Positions 46,310-54,335 of a stretch of 54,335 nucleotides of DNA are shown piece after piece. Each line of letters starts with the position of its first letter. Position 1 is the first letter of the stretch. The stretch is from positions 1 to 54,335 of the forward strand of contig JAUCBJ010003881.1 of the NCBI GenBank assembly GCA_032718475.1. Direction: 5' to 3'. This DNA comes from Nemertoderma westbladi (taxonomy: Eukaryota; Animalia; Xenacoelomorpha). A program made the position numbers and the translations under genes. The notes beneath the pieces were generated by a model. The model was not told the DNA's origin. It did no database searches and saw only the letters and a program-made list of their open reading frames with translations.

Positions 46310-47498
46310 GATCGATCAACTTGCTTGCTGGTCGAAAAAGCCAACCAACCACCAAGGTTAAGGCTGAATCACCAGCCGATCGCCTCAATGGTTGGAAGGC
46401 CCACTTTGAAAAGCTCCTCAATAATGACAGTGCAGCAATCAGATCAGTATACGATGGTTCGACAACATTTGTGTCTACTGTTGACGGTGACACAGAACCA
46501 TTTGAAGTGTTATGGGGCGTCCTCCAGGGAGACACACTTGCACCATTCTCGTTCATAATTGTTGTTGACTATGTTCTACGCATGTCCTTAGATCATCATA
46601 ATGATGATGGGGTGATGATAACTCCACCTACTGGCTCCAGAAGTCGAGGAAATCCTGCCAAGTACCTAACTGATCTAGACTTTGCTGATGACTTAGGAGT
46701 ACTCTCAGAATCACTAGAGGGAGCCCAACGGCTCCTCAGCTCATTAGAACATGCTGCTTCTAGTGTTGGTCTTTTTATTAACTCCAGAAAGACCAAAATT
46801 TTGACAGTTAACTTTGAAAGTCCTCAGCAAGTCTCTGATCGGATGAGCATAAGCTCAAAAGATGGTATGCTTGAGCATGTGGATGACTTCTGTTACCTGG
46901 GATCATGGATCCGGAAGTCAGGTGAGGACCTTCGAATACGTAAGGGAAAGGCATGGGCAGCCTTGAATAGGCTTTCCAGGATTTGGAAGTCACCGAGAAT
47001 TAATCGGAAACTTAAGGTCCGATTATTTAGAGCAGCAGAGTTCCAGTACTCCTCTATGGGAGTCCATGCTGGGCTCTAACTGCTGAGGACACCAAATCTC
47101 TGGACGGCACATTCACAAGAATGCTACGCCGGGTTCATTGTGTCAAGTTCAATGCACACATCTCCAACCAGACACTATATAACATTGGAGGTGTCTCATT
47201 GGTTCCCCCAAGCTTGACACTAGAACAAAATCGCCTCCGCTTTGCAGGACATTGCTTTCGCCGTGAGGACCAGCCAGTGCATAATCTTGTACTTTGGCAG
47301 CCTCATGGAGTGAATAAGCATGGTGGACAGCCCATGACTTTCTTGAGACGCATCTTAAAGGACACTGGCCTTGAAGATGCGGATGATCTAGCAAATGTCA
47401 TGAGTGATAGGGAGTTGTGGCGGTGCAATTTTGTCGATAAGCCGGCACAGCATTCTTAAAAATGCAGCTGCAATGCAGCATGCCGATCCTAGTAGTAG
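46310..47498 (+). mobile_element. RTE-clade retrotransposon, second family, 5'-truncated, internally deleted, frameshifted
   Basis: GVLQGDTLAPF, TDLDFADDL, YLGS, RLRFAGHCFR; (TAG)n tail. TSD tatgacaaa(c) at 46271/46301 and 47499. Confidence 0.9.
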
Positions 47499-48859
47499 TA
47501 TGACAAACGGCTTGCATTTCGACTTTGTGTTCGATTTATGATTCGAATGATAGATAATAATGCGATGATCCGAGCGCAACGGAATTGTTAACGAGCAGTT
47601 ATCGCTTGGATGACGTTTGGAATATAGTTGACGTTCGAGCAGGATTTCTAATTACACTCAATCTTCACAAAGAGTATAGATACTGAAGTAATACCTTGAA
47701 ACACAATATCCTCAACACGAAAACGTAATGCATCTACATACAACGTATATTATCGCATTCTCTTACATATCTGAGTTTTCACCAAAGAATACTTACAAGC
47801 GAATCCAGGTAATTTGTGCAACAGTCTTGCTGAAGGCGATTACCCTCCTTACCCATCCAATTACAGGAATAAGGATATTGAATTACTCCAAGAACCTTTC
47901 AGAGGAGTAGCTAGTCCAACAGAAAGTGTGGTGTGATCAAATCCTAATCCAACAAAGTTGGGTTGTGATACGAACGAATAAATTGATTTTATTTTTATAT
48001 TGTGAATGTATTTCCTTCTAATCAGTTGTACAAAAATTTAATTGAGTGAAAATTATTTATCCTGAGCAAAATAACTTGGCATCCCCGATTTTGAAAGCAT
48101 AATTTCAGTAAAGATACAAATTCCGTCACGCAAAATGTAATCAATTAAATTATAAATATAGTTTTAACTTCCATATAAGCCTACGCTATAACGGTGTTCG
48201 CCTGGCAATGTTGGTTGTCGCACGCACACCGCACCATGCAAGGCAAATAAATAATGGAATGGGGTTCAATCACTATATATCAATCAATAATTCCCCGTAT
48301 GGCGACTAAGACTACACGCGGAGTGAAAGTTATATAAAGCAGTGGTAATGTGATGATGCACTGCCTTCTCATCACACAACCCCATCATCTTTATCATTAT
48401 CATTGTATCCTCAACATCGAAGGTGCTTTTACATTACTACCTATTTTTTCCAGCAATAGTTAGCTACCCTGTTGTGGTAGGTATAGGTACGCACATACAG
48501 CAATCTGACCTCCTAAAATCAAACAAAAGATAAATACGCAACGCAACATCTTTTAGCGGTAATGTCTATAACTGAGAACCACGTACCCCCCTCACCAGTC
48601 GGTTGCCATATAGCAGAAGATCATACATACACAGTTATACCAGAGCAGTCGCTGGCACAACTCACTCTTTGTGCTGCTGGTATTTGGTGTTAGAACCATA
48701 GAGCACTGCTTAGTATAGTTTCGCGTCGCATTTACTGCCACGACAGTAATATAATCGACAGTAATTACATATTATTATATACATATTACTTTTTGGTGCA
48801 TCTACAATCAAGGTATATGTTGTCTTCTGTAGTCGAGCCCAACAGGAACTGCCTTATAC

Positions 48860-49225
48860 CAGCACAAACTTTACTGCTGTCATGCCTTGTTCTTTCGTAA
48901 TCGGAGGTTCTCAGCAGATCACCGCATACAAGACCTTAGGTTGATAAGTCTAAGTCTTCTACATGACCAACAATAACGTCTCGTCCACTGACTGTACACA
49001 CAGCAGTTGATGACCCGCAGGGGGGGGGGGGGGGGGGGGGGTTTAGATTTAGAGTTATAATTTGGTCTTTATAGCATTCACAAATAGACCGACATTTGAT
49101 GCTGCTGTTCAACATTGTTGAGTACTCTTTGAACGCCATCCAATGTTTCTGACATCAAATCCAGATCATCAACAAAGTCAAAGTCAGTCACAAGTATTGT
49201 TGGTTTTCTTCTGCTTCTATAACCG
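48860..49225 (-). mobile_element. Highly degraded RTE RT remnant
   Basis: Minus-strand translation near 49160-49220 gives RSRRKPTILVTDFDFVDDL, a decayed TDxDFADD motif. Confidence 0.55.
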
Positions 49226-51084
49226 TTGTATTATCCGCCCACCCAAACTATAAATCCACGATACCACCTAAGCAATATGACACTTCAAATGAGAAATGCG
49301 ACAATATTATTCACATGTACTACTTACTAGGAGCTGAGCAATTGTAGCTGCCAGTAGACAGCAAAACAATAATTAATTGTAGAGGATGTGAGAATGAGTT
49401 TAGGTCTGTGAAGAAAGTAAAAGAGTATGAATAATGAAGGATTGGGTGCTATTTGTCTCATGGGTATCGAATGTTGAGAAATATAAATTAATATTTCAGT
49501 GTTTCAGTATTTCAGTTCATAATATAGTTGATATTTTTTATCCAGTATTCCGAATTACCTCCTAATTACATCACCATTAATGAACGACAGACGATTTGTG
49601 CTGTGAATGAATGCAATAATTATGTGTAGCTTAAATTCGAATACGTTGTAAATAGTGCAGCAATAAAAAATACCTTAATTAATAATGTGAATAAACGGCG
49701 ATCGTGATTTGTGTGCAATACAAGTGACCTTGTATTATTAGCGCATAGAAATAAGAAATGTGAAATAAAAGTGATACAAGGGTAAATATATACAAATATT
49801 TTCACATACATATTTCTATACCAGTTGATGCTCTACGCGTAAATAAAAAAATCTATCATAAATACGACGGGAGTGGAATAATCACTAACCAATGGTTCGA
49901 GTTATGTGTTCTGATAGCCGCATAAATAACAGTCTCTGTTATTGATTGACGGGAATGAAAACGTCTGATAACATGCGACATGCTTGCAACGGACACAACA
50001 GCCACATAAAGGGGGAATATCAAACCGGGAAATAATATGGTTGAAAATTTATAATAATTATTATATATTTTCTGGTAGAAATCTAAACAAATTAAGTAAT
50101 ATTTTAAAAGTTAGTTTTGAAAGGGTACTAATTAAATAGGTTAATTATAATTGTTTCGTCTCAAGTTTCTACAAAAATTTTAAATATTAATTTATTTTAA
50201 TTAGATAATTTATCGAATATTTCTATTAGCCAATCTATTCTGATACACATGTTGTTAGTAGATACATAGACACTTCAAATGATGTGAGTTGATGACATTA
50301 AGTTAAATACAAAAGCCACCAAAGTCACGGATGATGTTAATTAATATCAGAACACATTCTAAATTATGCGGCTATCAGAACACATTCAAAATTACATAAA
50401 CTGTATCTCACCATAGCTTTAGAGTCGAACTTTTCTCCAGGCACAATTAATAATGAACACTTTCTCAAACGAAACCGAATTTCATCGTGTATGCAGTAAT
50501 TAGAACCTCTCACGGTGACAATGTCGGCACAATGGGTGACAACAATCTTTGGTGGCCGGAAACAGGAGGAGTTACATATATCGTATCGGATACAGTGTTT
50601 GTTGTTGCAGAAGTGATAGCGGTACTGTGTGCCGGCGAGGGTTGGAATAAAAAGTGGGATATAGGCCTAACGGATAGTCCGGCCATAGATTGTATACTAA
50701 CATACAGTTAATGTTGCGAACTAGAATTTACTACAAAAATGTTAAAAAGAATACTTACTGAGTTGTATAACACGGTTATAGATATATAAAATGTAGAATA
50801 ATACTGAATCTGGATGTGGCAAGTTTTAATTATATTCAATTAAATAAACCTTGTCATGAAAAACTCTAACACCATATTTCCCAACAATGGTTTCACACAG
50901 CCAGTGCAAAGCTTCCCAAAAATGATTGAAACCTACCAAAGGGATCACAAGGAGAAAGCTTCTACAAAATGAGCCAATTGTTATACAGTTTGGGACATAA
51001 AACGACATTTTAGTTAAATGTTATTAGCCGATTTAAGTCTTTAATTATCTATATTTGATATATTTCATTTGTTCGTACCCACTA

Positions 51085-52075
51085 ACTCCATTTTAGTTCC
51101 TTTAGTCAAGGACAGGTCTGGAGACCTGACCAGTAGAGAAAACTACCGAGGCAATACCCTGTCCAGTATATTCAGTATTGGAGAAAATTATTCTAGAACG
51201 TATAATTGAGTACCTTCATACAAGTGACAACCAATTTGGTTTCAAACCTAAATCAGGTACTGAACTTTGTATATATACCCTAAGGAAAAGGAAATCATTA
51301 ATTATTATCTCTCTAATAATTCATCTGTTTATATCTACATGTTGGATGCTTCCAAAGCATTCGATCGAGTAAATCACTTTAAATTATTTGATACGCTCCT
51401 TACAAGGGGTGTTCCTGTCTACATTGTGAGTTTGATTGAGTATTACTATTGTCATCAATTGTTGCGTGTGCTCTGGGACGGTTTTCTGCGTCAAGCATTT
51501 ACAGTTACTAATGGGACCAGGCAAGGCGGTATCTTATCGCCCTTGCTCTACAATATCTTTGTCGATGGTATCAGGTTGGCGCTGGATGACAGTGGTATAG
51601 GCTGTATGATAGATGGTGTCAGAGTTAATAACCTATTATATGCCGATGACCTCTGCATTCTGTGGGCTACAGAAACTTGTAAATATTGCTGACCGTTTTG
51701 CTGATGATAATTCTATTGTCTCATGGTCTGTACGGCAGAGCGAACACACTAGTAAGGGCTCTGGGCAATGCCTCGGTAGCTGTGAAGATTGTTTTGTTTG
51801 GCGCCTACTGCACACCGATTTACGGGTGTGCACTGTTAGTGGGCCCGTGGCAGTCACACCCTGTGTATATAATATGATAGATTACGGGTTGCCTATAACA
51901 ACACTGCACGTATGCTGTTTAAATGGCCTCGCCAAACCGACGAAGGTCTACCTACTACAGTAGTATGTCCCTGTCTTTCGGCCAAATTGGTCTACCCATG
52001 TTCTGTCATATTATTAATAAGGCTAGTCGGAGTCTGAGTAATCGAGTAATGAACTCGAACATTGTTTTTAACTCT
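51085..52075 (+). mobile_element. Degraded LINE RT fragment (RTEX-like)
   Basis: LVPLVKD..NYRG, NQFGFK, LDASKAFDRVNH, GTRQGGILSP, LYADDL, with frameshifts and deletions. Confidence 0.85.
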
Positions 52076-52129
52076 TGTAGACCTTAACTCAAGGTGTTTT
52101 TGATTTACCCTCAGTACCTGTGTGCAGTA

Positions 52130-52209
52130 GGCGCATGGTTTCTTAGACGCATGGTTTCTTAGACGCATGGTTTCTTAGACGCATGGTTTCGTAGGCGCAT
52201 GGTTTCTTA
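52130..52209. repeat. 16-bp tandem repeat (gacgcatggtttctta) x5
   Basis: Direct inspection. Confidence 0.85.
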
Positions 52210-52225
52210 TATTTAGTGTAGGACT

Positions 52226-52343
52226 GGACAATTGCGACCCGGACAATTGCGACCCGGTCAATTGCGACCCATGTGTTTAAATAAAAATTATAGGTCGCAA
52301 TTGTCCGGGTCGCAATTGTCCGGGTCGCCATTGTCCTAACATC
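52226..52343. mobile_element. Tiny foldback element: 3x15-bp repeats inverted about an AT spacer, flanked by the 9-bp direct repeat tgtaggact (MULE/Foldback-like)
   Basis: (ggacaattgcgaccc)3 ... (gggtcgcaattgtcc)3; tgtaggact at 52217-52225 and 52344-52352. Confidence 0.7.
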
Positions 52344-52563
52344 TGTAGGACTACTTTAATCAAATATATATCCTTTTTTAATAGTTGTGTGCTAATTTAA
52401 TATAAACCTTGTACAGTAGAATATGCCCCCGGTGGGGATTAAATAATAATAAATAAATAAATAACATAGTTTATTCGGTTATACGACGTTGTTTGCGTTG
52501 AAAGTCCCCACCCCCATGAATTGAGGGAGCTGTTACACATCTACAATTTGTTAAAACAATGCT

Positions 52564-52780
52564 TGTGGAACCTTTTATCCTGAGGAACCCTTGACACTGT
52601 GGAACCTTTAACAATGTGGAACCTTTGGCACTGTGGAACTCCTGCCACTGTGGAACCTTTTACCCTGTGGAACCTTTAGTACTGTGGAACTCTTGCCACT
52701 GTGGAACCTTTGACCCAGTGGAACCTTTGACCCTGTGGAACCTTTGGCACTGTGGAACCTTTAACTCTGCGGAACCTTTG
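52564..52780. repeat. ~17-bp degenerate tandem repeat (ctgtggaacctttgaca)
   Basis: About 13 recurrences of tggaacc. Confidence 0.88.
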
Positions 52781-53264
52781 AGCCTGAAGCGACATTTTGG
52801 CCCTATATGGGTACCAAGTTCGTATCCATATAGGGTGGGTTGATAATTTGTTGCTATGCTATTCTACCACTATACAATATTAAAATTGATAACTACACCG
52901 CTCTCACCCCCGCAAAAATTAAAGATATGAGAGATTATACCGCTTCGAATCCCACTGCACTCATTCCACTCTTAATATAATTGGCTTCAGAAATAATATT
53001 CATCACTCGGACTAATTATCTTCCCTTCATAATCGCTTTGTTACCTACTTCTCGGGTAGCTAGCTGCTGATTAGCTTAGCTACTAACCAAACTATATATC
53101 ATGATACTTGAATTGTCAGCACATCATTATTGCTATGGTACTGAGATGTCACAGTGACTAAATATTACATACCATTGCTATAGCAACATCAACGTTGGAT
53201 TAAATTGTTGACAAACCAATTACGTAATGTTTGCAATGTCACTGTCACTCTATAAATGATAAAA

Positions 53265-54182
53265 ATGTACTGGTGTGCCGATAGGGGGAGTTGCCAACCT
53301 AACACACACAACTCGAATGTACTGGTGTGCCGATAGGGGGAGTTGCCAACCTAACACACACAACTCGAATGTACTGGTGTGCAGGTAGGAGGAGTTGCCA
53401 ACCTAACACACACAACTCGAATGCACTGGTGTGCCGATAGGGGGAGTTGCCAACCTAACACACACAACTCGAATGCACCGGTGTGCCGATAGGGGGAGTT
53501 GCCAACCTAACACACACAACTCGAATGCACCGGTGTGCCGATAGGGGGAGTTGCCAACCTAACACACACAACTCGAATGTACTGGTGTGCCGATAGGGGG
53601 AGTTGCCAACCTAACACACACAACTCGAATGTACTGGTGTGCAGGTAGGAGGAGTTGCCAACCTAACACACACAACGCGAATGTACTGGTGTGCAGGTAG
53701 GAGTTGCCAACCTAACACACACAACTCGAATGCACTGGTTGCCGGTAGGAGGAGTTGCCAACCTAACACACACAACTCGAATGCACTGGTTGCCGGTAGG
53801 AGGAGTTGCCAACCTAACACACACAACTCGAATGTACTGGTGTGCAGGTAGGAGGAGTTGCCAACCTAACACACACAACTCGAATGCACTGGTGTGCCGA
53901 TAGGGGGAGTTGCCAACCTAACACACACAACTCGAATGCACCGGTGTGCCGATAGGGGGAGTTGCCAACCTAACACACAAAACTCGAATGTACTGGTGTG
54001 CAGGTAGGAGGAGTTGCCAACCTAACACACACAACTCGAATGTACTGGTGTGCAGGAAGGAGGAGTTGCCAACCTAACACACACAACTCGAATGTACTGG
54101 TGTGCAGGTAGGAGTTGCCAACCTATCACACCCAACTCGAATGCACTGGTGTGCAGGTAGGAGGAGTGGCCAACCTAACACT
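53265..54182. repeat. ~52-bp minisatellite (aatgtactggtgtgccgatagggggagttgccaacctaacacacacaactcg), ~18 copies with 2-3 variant classes
   Basis: Direct inspection. Confidence 0.96.
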
Positions 54183-54335
54183 ATACGATAATTACGCAAT
54201 ACAATAATTAAGACAGGAGGAGGGGGGGGGGGGGGTGACTGGACGCAACACCCGCCTTGGCGAATTAATATCCCGCCTCAATGTGGTAAATTCTCAATTT
54301 ATCAATTTAGGGAAAGTGGGACGTTATTTTAATCA

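Noticed and set aside
50412-50690. Candidate upstream/5'UTR exon ending ...GCTATG|gtgag on the minus strand
   Set aside because: Good donor and elevated GC, but no recognisable coding signal or acceptor; cannot be supported without transcript data.
53265-54182. CAG|GTAGG splice-like motif in the 52-bp repeat
   Set aside because: Present only in a subset of units, on the strand opposite the gene, with no adjacent exon.

Overview
AT-rich eukaryotic (invertebrate-like metazoan) genomic DNA. A multi-exon RhoGEF gene (DH domain, most similar to the PLEKHG7 family) runs on the minus strand from about 40871 to 2206 and probably continues beyond the left edge. I can place 7 confident and 2 tentative exons, all with GT-AG boundaries and compatible phases. 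Its introns are inflated by minisatellites and nested mobile elements. The most striking structure is a ~14.3 kb array of a 45-bp unit (~317 copies, plus ~13 copies cut off by an RTE retrotransposon). The unit is the last 37 nt of a coding exon plus the first 8 nt of its intron (...TACCGA|GTAAGTAT), so it forms several hundred tandem 5' splice donors, all in frame with no stop codon. The RTE copy that splits the array itself carries a Sola-like non-autonomous DNA transposon. A 6.5 kb APE-type LINE (RTEX-like) has an ORF1 with a Ulp1/SENP-like (C48) cysteine protease domain. The other giant repetitive ORFs in the ORF track are by-products of tandem repeats. No rRNA, tRNA or CRISPR features are supported.
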